Assembly: GCF_000143415.4 (NCBI RefSeq)
Contig: NW_003314264.1
Coordinates: forward strand, 4,258,621-4,322,620
Origin: Selaginella moellendorffii
Lineage: Eukaryota > Plantae > Lycopodiophyta
Reading direction: 5' to 3'
DNA: 64,000 bases
The notes under the pieces were generated by a model. That model worked only from the letters and a program-made list of their open reading frames with translations, was not told where the DNA came from and did no database searches. Of the stretch, positions 37,700 to 49,719 are shown one piece after another (positions within the stretch are counted from its first letter, which is position 1; each line of letters starts with the position of its first letter). Made by a program: the position numbers and the translations under genes.

Positions 37700-39020
37700 T
37701 TTCGCCTAACTCCTTTATGTATTTTCTTGTTGGTCATTGGATTTACTTTTTTGAAACCATAAGGACTCATTCTTAGAGAAACTCTTCCTAAAATACCCTT
37801 TGCTATATATGGCTCTTTTAGTATTTAAACCCTGACTCTATTATGTTCCCTTTTCGCATGTTATCATTAAAATGCCCCTTAATAGTTGCATTCAATGCTT
37901 CCTTATAGTTGGTTAGGTTTCAATGCATCACTTTGCCCTGAGCCCAGGTCTGTAAACTTGATATGAACACATGGAAGACATGTATGTTGCTCATATTCGT
38001 GACAAGGATCCTCTTGGCTATAAATGAATTTATATACTCTTGAATGGTTCTTGTCTACTTCAATCTACTCAATTCATCCTTTAGATGTAGAATAGCATTT
38101 GGAGGGATATAAGTTGTGTAGATCCTCACTTTCATCATTTTTCAAGTGGCCACCGATCCTTTGTTAACCTCTATTATTCTCCACCAAGACTTAGCATTAT
38201 CTGCTAAGTATGGTTTTGCATATAGAACCTTTTACGACATTGTAATCGCAATGCTCAGAAATAATCCTCTATATTATAAAACTAATCCTCTACCACTTTA
38301 TAGTCATTCACTCTTTTGAAAATTAGTGAGGGCTTTGGTTTGTACTTGGGAATTACCTGAAGGATTGATTTTACTTAAGTTTATTCAATCTTGTTTAGTT
38401 TTGCCTCAGTCCCCACCAAGGGTCCATGCCTTTTGCACTGCCAGCATCTATAGTCTTTTGCGTTTTCTTTTGCTTCTTGTCACACTTAAACTTACATATG
38501 AGGGTCTTCAGCAGGGTATTGGGCTATGTTAGTTATCTTTCTAGAATGTCTAATCAAGCCTTGGACGACTGAACTTCACCACCTGACTCTTGTTTGAAAG
38601 CTTCCTCATTGAAGTCCTCCTCATGTAAAGATTCGTCATCCATAGCTTTTTGTTCGACTGTAGGCTCCATCTTTGGAGGAGGTTCTATCTTTGCCTTGGT
38701 TTGTTTACACCCTATATTAGTCATCTCTCAACAATCTGCCTCTATCCTTCGTTAAAACTGAGTAAAAGGCTTCAATACAAAATTATAAGCTATAATTTTT
38801 TCTTTTCCAATCTATCAGCTTATCTCGTCTATCTGACCACCACTGCCTTGGTTTTAGTTAAGTTCCCTTGCTAAGGTTCCCACTTATTATACCAGCTCCT
38901 ATTTGGTTCTACTTAGTTTTAATTACTCATTAACTACACAAATAATAGAGTTTTAGCCATTCACGGATTCCCAAATTCTTTCTCAACTTAATTCTTTGGT
39001 GTAAGCTCTTGAATTTGAAA
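37700..39020 (-). mobile_element. Old LTR element remnant of the 51025-52203 family (partial LTR 38784-~39000, decayed PBS, decayed interior)
   Basis: 38800-38985 colinear with 51045-51225; TTGTATTGAAGCC resembles a decayed TGGTATCAGAGCC. Confidence 0.6.
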
Positions 39021-40995
39021 TTCCTAGGCAGCAGCTCCTGGATCTCGAACACCTGCATGCAGCGGCGGACGGTGATCAGTGCCACGATTGGCAGCAGCGC
39101 TGCGATGGAAATCCACGCTAGGAGGAGGGATTTGGACTTGTAGGTGGATTCTCCCTGAATAACCGCGAGCACCTGGAGACCACGCTGCGTGATCTGGACT
39201 TGGTCGGCGTGGAGTCCCCAGGTCACGAACTTCGCCTGCCTCTGCATTTCTGTGCCCATCATGGCGATGACAGCCGAGTAGGAGACGATGGCCAGCAGCA
39301 AGTTGGCGATCAACAGCAGCGGTCTTGAGGTAGCGGGTTTTCCTTCTCAAGTTTTTTGAACGAAGGCGACTTAGCTGTGAATTTGTGAGTGGCTTTGTAG
39401 TAGCCACCACGGCGATGAAAGTGCTGGGAAGAGCGATGGCTGCCACCCAGAAATCCGTGGCGGCTCCTTGTTCCAGGTTGAGAGCCGAGCTGTGAGCTTG
39501 GATGTACAGGTTCTTGAGCTGGAAGAGGTATGCTTCAAGGATACCGACCTCGGAATCTATGGTATCATTGAAAGATGGGATGAAATCGGTGCCTGCCAGG
39601 CACATATCTCTCGCTGCTGGCACCACACAGTCGGTAAGGCCTTGGACATTGTTTATTTCTGAAAAGTTTGTGTCGTTCCTCCAGGATGCCGGAGGTGGAT
39701 ATAATCGGTGGAACAGCGATAGCACGTCTTTTCGGTTCCCATTGCCTTGGACACACAGGTAGCCTTCGCCATCGGCGCTAGAGTTTGAGCATGCAACAAA
39801 GCTTCCCGTCGAGCCAGACGCTAAAACAGGTGTGTGTACTTGTTGCTCGCATTCGCTGATATTGACTTCCTCTCCTAGAAAATTTAGTGGCTGCTCCATT
39901 CCCAAAACCCGGCAGTATTGCTTGCTACTTGTGCTGTTGAATTTGTCGTCCATTTGATAGCATCTCTCCACTGCATAGTAACCCGCGTCAGAAGCTTTCT
40001 TCACGACAGCTTTTATGCCCAGTATTGTCTCGGCCTGCACCCTCTGGGCCTGCACCCTCCAGGCCTGCCCCGCGGTTGAAAAATCTCTGGACGCCATCTG
40101 TTTATCTCCCGACACTTCCCGTCGCATCTATCATCTGTTTCGTTCCGGAACTTCCCACCAGCGTTTTATGTCTGGAACTTCCCGTCTCATCTATCACCGA
40201 TTTAACTCCGGAACTTCCCGTCGCATCTTCATCTTCATCTCCGTACATTAAATTACGTCTAGCGCTGGTTTTACTGTCAGTCCTTGTCTTGTTTGAGCAG
40301 GAGATAAGTGTGGCATCTTGAAAGCTTTTGATTTTCACATCCGAGCTGTTGAGCAACTTGACTTGGCGGCTGTTGCTGGAGAGCTCGAGAATTCTTGCTG
40401 TTAAAGAGTTGCTAACTGTCTGGCTAAACTTATCTTCTCCATTCTCTTTAGAGGTTCTTATGGACTCGGACATCTCCCAGACTGTTCTAAACGCTGGCTT
40501 CTCCCCGATCGTAGTGAGTATGACTGGAGCCACACTGTCGCAAGCCTTACTGTCATCTTTGTTGTTGTCGCCAACACACAAGTAAGCCAGGATCCATACT
40601 GTGACACGCATCGTTCCCAGGCTCTTGATGTGGTCGACGGACTGGTACTCTGCAATCGGGGAGAAGCCAGGATCGAGTTCCTCCCCCTCGTGCCTAACAG
40701 ACCCTTCTTCTGCCTGATCTCCGATTTAGCCCGATCCGTCAGATTTTGGTCTTCGTGCCCAAAATCGCAGCGTGACTGGTTGTGTACAGCGCCAACCATG
40801 TACCGGAGAAAGGCCTCGGGACGCCTGTCCTGGAGGGGGAGGAACTGCCACCATACCTGTTTGTGGAGGGCTCATTCTCAGGATCGCCGTGGAGCTGTCC
40901 ACCTCCGACAGATCGCCTTGCTGCACAGAAATCAGTGCGTGTCCATGGCACGAGAAGAGAACAAGAATGCAGGCCGAGAACACAAGCAACTTCAT
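38930..40995 (-). pseudogene. Disrupted orphan gene: signal peptide, Cys/N-glycosylation-site-rich ectodomain, ~3 C-terminal TM helices (~680 aa if repaired)
   Basis: MKLLVFSACILVLFSCHGHA start; in-frame stop at 40726-40728; frameshifts near ~40120 and ~39315; hydrophobic FWVAAIALPSTFIAVVA, LLIANLLLAIVSYSAVIAMM, LLLAWISIAALLPIVALITV. Confidence 0.6.
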
Positions 40996-41048
40996 CTGCG
41001 GTGTAAGGCTACGCAGAGAACCCATGGCTCGGTGTCTCAATTATAAAA

Positions 41049-41458
41049 GCAAAGTTACAAAGAACTTTGAATATTTTAAGTGGTTTGTGGGGGATATGGA
41101 ATGAGAAGATGCTTTCACACTGAGATTGAGACTGCAAATGCTTTCACACTGTTCCCAGGGATGGACGTGGTTAAGTTCCTGGCATTATAGAAATCTCATG
41201 AAAACAAAGTTAAAACAACTTTGAATGTTTTCATTCATCATAAATTGTTTATATGGTTTACTAGTGCCCGCCACGAAGCATGAGATGAGACTACAGATGC
41301 TTTCACGGATGGACGTGGTTAAGTTCCTGGCATATGAAAATCTTATAAAAGAAAAGTTACAAACAACTTTGAATATTTTCAGTGGGCATACGGAAAGACA
41401 AGATGCTTTCACCCTGTTCCCAGGCTGCTTGAAGGGATGGACGTGGTTAAGTTCCTGA
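41049..41458. repeat. Three ~130-150 bp tandem units upstream of the orphan gene, each with an ACGTGG (ABRE/G-box core)
   Basis: GGATGGACGTGGTTAAGTTCCTG three times; ACGTGG at 41165, 41313, 41441. Confidence 0.8.
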
Positions 41459-41959
41459 CGCATTGTTCTTGTTCTAGAAAAAATGTATTCGACTCTTTTG
41501 TACTATGGCTGATTGATTGGACCATAATTCAATACAAGACAGCCTATTGTCATTCACACTTTAATGTTTTGACAAACACATGGACTTGGGTGATTTGTAA
41601 ATTTTTGCAGTGGGTGAAGTTGGGTGAACTTGATCCACTAGAAGTTGGGTGAAGTGAATTTGGGTGGTGAAGTTCACCATTGCACTTACAAGCATCAAGT
41701 CTCAAGGTTCTCTTTCACGCTGGTGTTGTTCTTCCACAGGAAGTATAGGTTCTTCGACACTAGCAAATTCTAGCCCACATCTTCTCCAACACAATCCTCT
41801 ACTCCAATTATGTCAGGAGGAGCCAGAGGAAGTGAACAGGTTTAGTGATCCAGATGCACACTTGCAAACTTTCTTTATTTCTAAGATAAATAATGAGAAT
41901 TCAGATGTGGAGCGGTTGTGGTTACAACAGAGGATGGAGCAGCCGAGTGGCTAGGCATA

Positions 41960-42960
41960 GTAGAACAAAACACCATTCACAGATTGACCAACCCTAAGAG
42001 TGGCTTTTCTCAATCGCCAGCTCCTCTAGTCATATTAAGTATTATTGTCAAGGATTGCCATTAGAGATAGAATCTCACATGAAAATTCAGAATCCAGCGC
42101 CTTTGGAGGAAGCAATCCAACACACCTCAAATTGGGAACAAGCAAAGCTTTTGATTATGAATAAGCAAGGTATGCATACAATGCCTCTCTATAGTGGAGT
42201 CTCTGAAGTTTCTAGATCTATAGTAGATTTGAGAGCCTAGGATTGTTTACTTCAGTCTTGAGAACAATGGATTATAGCAAGCAGCCTATTTTTACAGTGC
42301 AACAAATTCTAGTGCAGTCAGTTACTGTTCCAATTGTGCAGCAGCAGCAACCTGTAGTAGCAAGTAAGGATCAGATCATGTCATTGAAGGAAGATCTTTT
42401 GGGAGCTCTCACCAAGAAAATGGCAAACCTGCAAGTGAATTTTGTGTGGGAAGCAGAGCGCCAGCCCTGAGTTTTGAAGGAGCGTGGTGTGTCAAGTGCA
42501 AGGGATATGGACACTTGCCAGCTGAATGTCTTGCTCCTGGAAATTTCCGGTCGACGAAGGAAATCCTCCTACTCAAGCTCAATTCTCGAGTGGGGCTGGA
42601 ATATTCTGAAAGGACTATTCAGGGCATGGTACATAACCATCATGCTATAGATTATTGGATTATTGTTTGTATTAGAGTTCCATACAAGGAGGATTTCTGC
42701 CGCAGCTTAGACGATGGCCAATTCTTGCATCTCGGCAATTTTGGCCTTCATACCAGGTTATGTTTCTATGCAAAATCCTATGACTAGGTTACTTGGAATT
42801 TATGTTGTGACTGTAGACACAAGAGGAGTAGAGCCATGACTTGTACAATGCTATAATTGTCACAAGTGCGGACATATATCCACAAATTATCTACATCATT
42901 AACAACAAGTTGGCTATCAACCAATTTATGGAATTTACAACACTAAAGGGGTCATAACTT
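41960..42960 (+). mobile_element. Degenerate Gypsy gag remnant
   Basis: YCQGLPLEIESHM..NPAPLEEAI; zinc knuckles WCVKCKGYGHLPAEC and CYNCHKCGHIS. Confidence 0.65.
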
Positions 42961-43379
42961 GATTGTGGGCCCTTTCCCTAACAATCTTCCTCTCACTAGG
43001 GAATGATTGTCTTTAATTATACTTAGGCCACCATCTGGTCACTATTCCTTTTGGGTCTACCAACCTCTAGATCCACCATGCCCTAGGGGGGCTCTAGGGG
43101 GTTCCAGAAGTATAGTAGGGATAGTATGTGAGTTGGAGGAGTTGGGTAGCCGAGGTCAGGTTGGGTTGGATCTAGGTGGGCGTATGCTATACATGGTTTT
43201 GCCATGCATACGCGAGCTCAGCCACAGAGGCTCCCCTGCCTTGGCTGCTTGATTCCTAGTAAAGCTTGCAACGGTGTAGTATGATTAAATAAATGATTCA
43301 TGAACCAACCAAGGTATTACACCTTGCCAAAGAACTACTACATATCATTCATGCATTTTGGTTTAGGAAACTTTAGCAC

Positions 43380-43990
43380 TACCTCAAGCAAAATGTAATA
43401 CCTAAAATAAGTGGTGTCTTTAGAACCAAACATATATTTAAATTGCTTCAGCTTCAAGCAATCTTTCGCAACTAATCCAACACCTTGTGCACATCACCAA
43501 CATGTTCCTCCCATGTCCCATTTGAATAGATCAAAACATCATTAATGAAGTTGATAGTCACCTCTAGCAGATTGCAAAGAACTCCATCTATCATCTGGTG
43601 AAATATTGCTAGAGCATTGTTCAAACCAAATGGCATGACCATAAACTCATATAGCCCAAAGGGTGTACAAAAAACAATCTTAAGAATGTCCTCCTCAACC
43701 ATCAGTACCTGCCAATACCCTGATGCAAGATCCAATTTGGTGAACTATTGACTCCATCCTAAATGATCAAGTAGATCCACTGTGTGAAGAAGTGGGTATA
43801 CATTAGGAGCAATCACATCATTAAACAAATAATAATTAATACAAAATTAAATGCTCCTATCAGGATTTGTCACAAGATAAGGTTCACAAACCCAAGAACT
43901 CTAAGACTTGTGGATAACTTCCTTCTTCAACATATCCTTCACATTGGCTCACAAAATCTTAATTTCCATGGGTGACCAACGTTGAACAAG
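43380..43990 (-). mobile_element. Gypsy RT fragment
   Basis: LDLASGYWQV...FCTPFGLYEFMVMPFGLNNA...FINDVLIYS. Confidence 0.85.
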
Positions 43991-44749
43991 AACCTTGAGC
44001 TAACAAGCACCTTTAGTGGGAATAGGGATTGGTTGGGTTATCTGGAGAGGCAAGGAAGATCTCCTAGAAGAGTTCATCTTTGACATCAATTATCTTGGAG
44101 CTGACTAGCCAACTTTCACTCTCAATTTTTCCAAAGGTTTGTTATCTTTCCTTTTCATTCTCAAAAGTTTGGTTCTTGTTCTTATCATCTCTCCACAGGT
44201 GCTAATCAGATTATAACTCAGTATTACTAGCTCATCCGTATGTCGCGAATGTGACTTCGGGTATCGAAAGATACTTGTCGACTAGTCCTTATGTGCCCTC
44301 TCTCCTTACTGCCACGACGGCAGGAGGTCGGTACTGCTAGTTCCCTTTATGGTCTCCACCCAAGCTAGTTGAGAAACTAGTCAGCACATGTGCACTTAGA
44401 CCGGAAGGGCACTAAGGAAGGAAATCCTAAGTTGTCATTAAATCAAGCATACTTGACATAGTGATGAGAAACTCATGATGTTGACTTGCACTTACTAGTG
44501 TTGGGAACCCCCGTGATATTGAGACTAATCCCTCAATATTCGCTAAATGATAGCTTACCGTGTCTGCCAAACACTCTCGCTATCATGCCCTTTGTGTTAG
44601 TCTCATTTTGGTCCCAAATGCTATTTATGGAAAGTGTCTAGATTCACTCATTTGGCATATCTATGGAATGTAGAGATTGGCCTGAACACAATGGTGTTCG
44701 TCCCGTGTCCAAATTCGCAATCTAGCGCCATTCCATATTTAGTAAGTTT

Positions 44750-45167
44750 NNNNNNNNNNNNNNNNNNNNNNNNNNNNNNNNNNNNNNNNNNNNNNNNNNN
44801 NNNNNNNNNNNNNNNNNNNNNNNNNNNNNNNNNNNNNNNNNNNNNNNNNNNNNNNNNNNNNNNNNNNNNNNNNNNNNNNNNNNNNNNNNNNNNNNNNNNN
44901 NNNNNNNNNNNNNNNNNNNNNNNNNNNNNNNNNNNNNNNNNNNNNNNNNNNNNNNNNNNNNNNNNNNNNNNNNNNNNNNNNNNNNNNNNNNNNNNNNNNN
45001 NNNNNNNNNNNNNNNNNNNNNNNNNNNNNNNNNNNNNNNNNNNNNNNNNNNNNNNNNNNNNNNNNNNNNNNNNNNNNNNNNNNNNNNNNNNNNNNNNNNN
45101 NNNNNNNNNNNNNNNNNNNNNNNNNNNNNNNNNNNNNNNNNNNNNNNNNNNNNNNNNNNNNNNNNNG
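44750..45167. other. Assembly gap
   Basis: N run. Confidence 1.
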
Positions 45168-45225
45168 GGGGGGGGGGGGCGGGGGGGGCGGAGGGGCTGT
45201 GGGGGGTTCCAAATGTATAGTAGGG

Positions 45226-48200
45226 TGTAAGAGACTAATTTTTCCATTTTACTTTAGTCACTCAGCCGCACCTCCGACCACTTGGAGGAGTCTCACTCAC
45301 AACCTCCGTAAGTCCTATTTTGGACTTGGGCTTACTAGCCCCGAGAATGGCATCCCCACCACTCAACCTATGCACTTGGTCCAAGTGCTCCACGTGTCCG
45401 ATCCTATGACTGACACCCCAAGGTACCACCAACATATCAGCCTGTTACGCTAAGGCCATGTCCATTCACCTTGGTCACAACGATGGTCTGACACCACCTG
45501 CATCCCAGTCCCGTCACTCAAAGACTGGGCCATCCATCCATGAGTGATCATCCCAGATCCACTCCTTAGCATCCTTAAAATGCCCACCGACATAGGGATT
45601 AGCCTTCCCCAATATCTCCGTTCCAATCCCCACTAAGTCCCTTTTCGTCCATGGCCGTGTTCGCCAACACTGCCACTGGATCGAGGCCCACAGGCCCAAC
45701 CACTAAGTCCCATGGTCCTCTAGGACTTCCTCACCACACTACTGTGTCCTTGGTCACTACCCCAGAGGACTGCTCCTCTTCCTTTCCATAGTCTGGGCCT
45801 TTGGGACAACATTTTGGAACACCGTGGCCTTACGTGAGCCACCTGGGTACTCTCCCCACCTTCCGCCCTTGGGTGCTCTAGCCATGGGCTTAGAGCGAGG
45901 TTCCATTGAGCCATGCCTAGTATCCAAGTAGGTAGTGCCACCCACACTTGGATTGGGAGCATCGGCCAGTCGATCTCCCGGGGGAACTAGAGCCGGCTCT
46001 TGAACACTTCACCAAGCTACCCTGCTTGTCGGTCCGTGTTCACTCTAGTCTTGGACTTCCCAGTGGTCAGCTCATCACCCAACACTGGGTCTGGCCTTCC
46101 TGGGCCAAACTGGCCTTTCCTGGCCAAACTGGCTCCACTGGGCTCCAACCCCCACACTCTCCCTACTATACTTTTGGAACCCCCCGCAGCCCCCCCCCCC
46201 CCTGGGGGACGATCGCTTTGGGCTTTCACCCAACTGCCTGTATTAGTATTTGGACTCGGACTCGGACTCGGTCCCAATCCCGGTTTCGGACTCGGACTCG
46301 GTCTCGGTCTCGGCTTCGGCCTCAGTCTCAGTCTCGGTCTCGGGTCCATCTCGGACTCCATCTCGGATTCCATCTCGGGTCCATCTCGGACTCCATCTTG
46401 GGTCCATCTCGGACTCCATCTCGGGTCCATCTCGGACTCCATCTCGGGTCCATCTCGGACTCCATCTCGGGTCCATCTCNNNNNNNNNNNNNNNNNNNNN
46501 NNNNNNNNNNNNNNNNNNNNNNNNNNNNNNNNNNNNNNNNNNNNNNNNNNNNNNNNNNNNNNNNNNNNNNNNNNNNNNNNNNNNCGGACTCCATCTCGGG
46601 TCCATCTCAGATCCATCTCGGACTCCATCTCGGGTCCATCTCGGACTCCATCTCGGGTCCATCTCGGACTCCATCTCGGGTCCATCTCGGACTCCATCTC
46701 GGACTCCATCTCGGGTCCATCTCGGACTCCACCACGTGTCATGTGTTGGTCCTTTTGGGTCCCTTTTTGGAGCCACGCTTATTGCTCGCTTCGTGCTCAT
46801 TCCTTGAGCACTTCGTTAGGAGTTCCACTCCCGCTCTCGACCTTTCAAGTCGGAGCTTTTGGCCCAAACATGTTACACTCGTTTGGCTTTCGCTTCGGCC
46901 ACTACCACGTGGCACCCTTCCGGCTCCACTTTGGGGCCTAGGGATTTTGTGTCTCACAACTCCACCACCCATAGACGAAGTTCGATGTCCTCATCGAACG
47001 GTAAACCATTTTATAAAGTAACACCCGCATGTGTTACCATTTCCATCCTTGGCACCTAGCCAATATATGTCAATGGTTTGACATTGAAGGCTCACCATGC
47101 CTTCTCCATATTCGTCAATGGTTTGACATTGAAGACTCACCATGCCTTTTGCATATTCCTCAATGGTTTAACACCAAAGGCTCACCATGCCTTGCCCATC
47201 CTCTAAGGAGGGTAGTCTCTTCAACTTAGAGACTGATTGGACCACATGTAGTGGTTCTCTCCTTTTATTGGTTTAGTTCTCGCTAAACCTCTTAGAGACC
47301 CTTCTCTAAGTCAATCCCACTACTCCTTCTCAAGTAGTCTCAATTTCCATCTATTGAATGTTTGCACCTTGGAACTTTTACTCTTTTAACTTTTGGAAGT
47401 CAATTTCCTAGGTGTCTCCAACACCTTGCATTGCACAGATTGTGCAACTCCACTTCCCCATTCTAGGAAGTTCGTTACTTGAGGGCACCATCATCCTCTC
47501 TTCTATTTCGTGCCACCTTGGGCACTAAGTTCCATTTATCATACTTTGTGCTAGGGCTGTCCATGGCCCTATCATTTGGCTACCTTACCGCTCCCTCCCT
47601 TGGAGCTTCCACTTTCGCCAAATCGGAGCAATTTGGAATCCATCCTTAGAAACACACTTCCTTTCCCGCAATTTGTTAGCGTCCCACACATTAGTGTTCC
47701 TCGTTTAACTTTGTCACTTGGATTCCTTCCAAGGGATTCCACGGCCCTATCTTGGCCACTCATCTTTTGCTCCTATCCATTGATTGTTGCACCAAGCAAC
47801 CCTGAATCTCTACCTCCCTCCTTGAGGTATTCTTTTGATTCCATAGCAAAGGCTCTACTTTGCCAAGACTAGGGTGTTCACCCCTCGTAAGTCTCTTTAG
47901 CATCTTTTGCTGTGGGCTCTATCTATGGCCCAACTTTATGACCCTCCCATGGGTCTCTTTAAAGACTACTTTCCTTGGACACACTATGCCATCGCAATGA
48001 CATAGCTCATTTCCCTAAGGTGCTTTTCCCACTTGGTCACCTTGACCAAGCCACACCATCATCAATAGTTCAAATCAACACTTTGAACTAGGAACCTTAT
48101 TCCTTAACCCAAACAAGGACCTTGTCCTTATTTGGCCACAAGATCACCTAGTGATCTCACCTCGGCACCTTAACAGGTTTGCCAATAGGTACTAGGTCTT

Positions 48201-48582
48201 CCAGACCTTTAACTTGTTAACTACAACCCCGGGGGCATCCCCCACACTTGGCGGTGCGCCCAAGCCAGCCCTTTCGGCCAAGGGTCCATAGCAACTGAGA
48301 CTGGGTGTCCCCATCTCATTCACCACGTCCTTGGTGCCACTGGCACCAAAGTGTTCAAGTTAGATATGCTGAGCCACACTAAGCAATCTAACCGTGCATC
48401 ACGACTTCGAGGCATCCCTCGCTTGGCGGTGTGCCCAAACCAGTCTCCACACTGAGAGTCCATGACCACCGAAAAATGAGTGTCCTCATATTCCAAACCA
48501 TCACCACGCCCTAGTGATTTGGGACTCGAACCCAAGCACTAGAGGGTCGGGACTCGAACCCAACCTCTGTATATGCATCTAC
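45226..48582 (-). mobile_element. 5'-truncated copy of the non-autonomous family: 3' LTR 45226-46958 (gap 46480-46584) plus interior 46959-48582
   Basis: Interior is the reverse complement of 10741-12345 at high identity; LTR is a diverged subfamily; cut at 48582 by a different element terminus. Confidence 0.9.
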
Positions 48583-49147
48583 AAGCTCTATTTCGTTAAA
48601 GTGGGATTTATTCAGTAAAATGGGACTAGGTACAAATTTTCAAGTATTTGAAAATGACGTGAAATTATATGTTTTTTGTCCAGGGGCTAGACATATCTGG
48701 GGCATGGTGACTAGCGCGGTGACTTTGTGTCCAGACTGAGTCCATCTGGTTGTATAATAAATCTCATTGTCAAGGTGAACAAGCCGAATCTGAAGCTAAA
48801 GAAGAGCGATGGCATGCGCGCACACACTATTTGTTTGTTCATTGAGCGTGTGGTGAGCTTTCCAAGATGAACGTCATTCCTATTAGCCAGACATATAACT
48901 TAATGGTGAGAACATTTAGATATTATTCAATGTTATCTTTTTCTAACGAATCTAATTGTGAAGGTGTAGCAAGAGGCATTGCTAGTCTGGAGAAGTCATT
49001 TAACTCATTTGACCCTTAGTGTATTTTCATGAAACTAAATAACATTCATATTATTAAGGAATTTCTCTAGTACCTTTTTTTTACGACATAGAGGCTTGCA
49101 TTTCTTTCAAAGGTGATTTAGTAAAAGGCCTGAGGGCACATGCCATT
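48583..49147. mobile_element. Terminus of a second member of the palindrome-bearing element family
   Basis: 24 bp identical to 54386-54409; palindrome copies at 48809 and 49125; runs into a gap. Confidence 0.65.
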
Positions 49148-49716
49148 NNNNNNNNNNNNNNNNNNNNNNNNNNNNNNNNNNNNNNNNNNNNNNNNNNNNN
49201 NNNNNNNNNNNNNNNNNNNNNNNNNNNNNNNNNNNNNNNNNNNNNNNNNNNNNNNNNNNNNNNNNNNNNNNNNNNNNNNNNNNNNNNNNNNNNNNNNNNN
49301 NNNNNNNNNNNNNNNNNNNNNNNNNNNNNNNNNNNNNNNNNNNNNNNNNNNNNNNNNNNNNNNNNNNNNNNNNNNNNNNNNNNNNNNNNNNNNNNNNNNN
49401 NNNNNNNNNNNNNNNNNNNNNNNNNNNNNNNNNNNNNNNNNNNNNNNNNNNNNNNNNNNNNNNNNNNNNNNNNNNNNNNNNNNNNNNNNNNNNNNNNNNN
49501 NNNNNNNNNNNNNNNNNNNNNNNNNNNNNNNNNNNNNNNNNNNNNNNNNNNNNNNNNNNNNNNNNNNNNNNNNNNNNNNNNNNNNNNNNNNNNNNNNNNN
49601 NNNNNNNNNNNNNNNNNNNNNNNNNNNNNNNNNNNNNNNNNNNNNNNNNNNNNNNNNNNNNNNNNNNNNNNNNNNNNNNNNNNNNNNNNNNNNNNNNNNN
49701 NNNNNNNNNNNNNNNN
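49148..49716. other. Assembly gap
   Basis: N run. Confidence 1.
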
Positions 49717-49719
49717 GCA

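Noticed and set aside
44634-45247. ORFs spanning N runs (also 49107-49751)
   Set aside because: Gap artefacts
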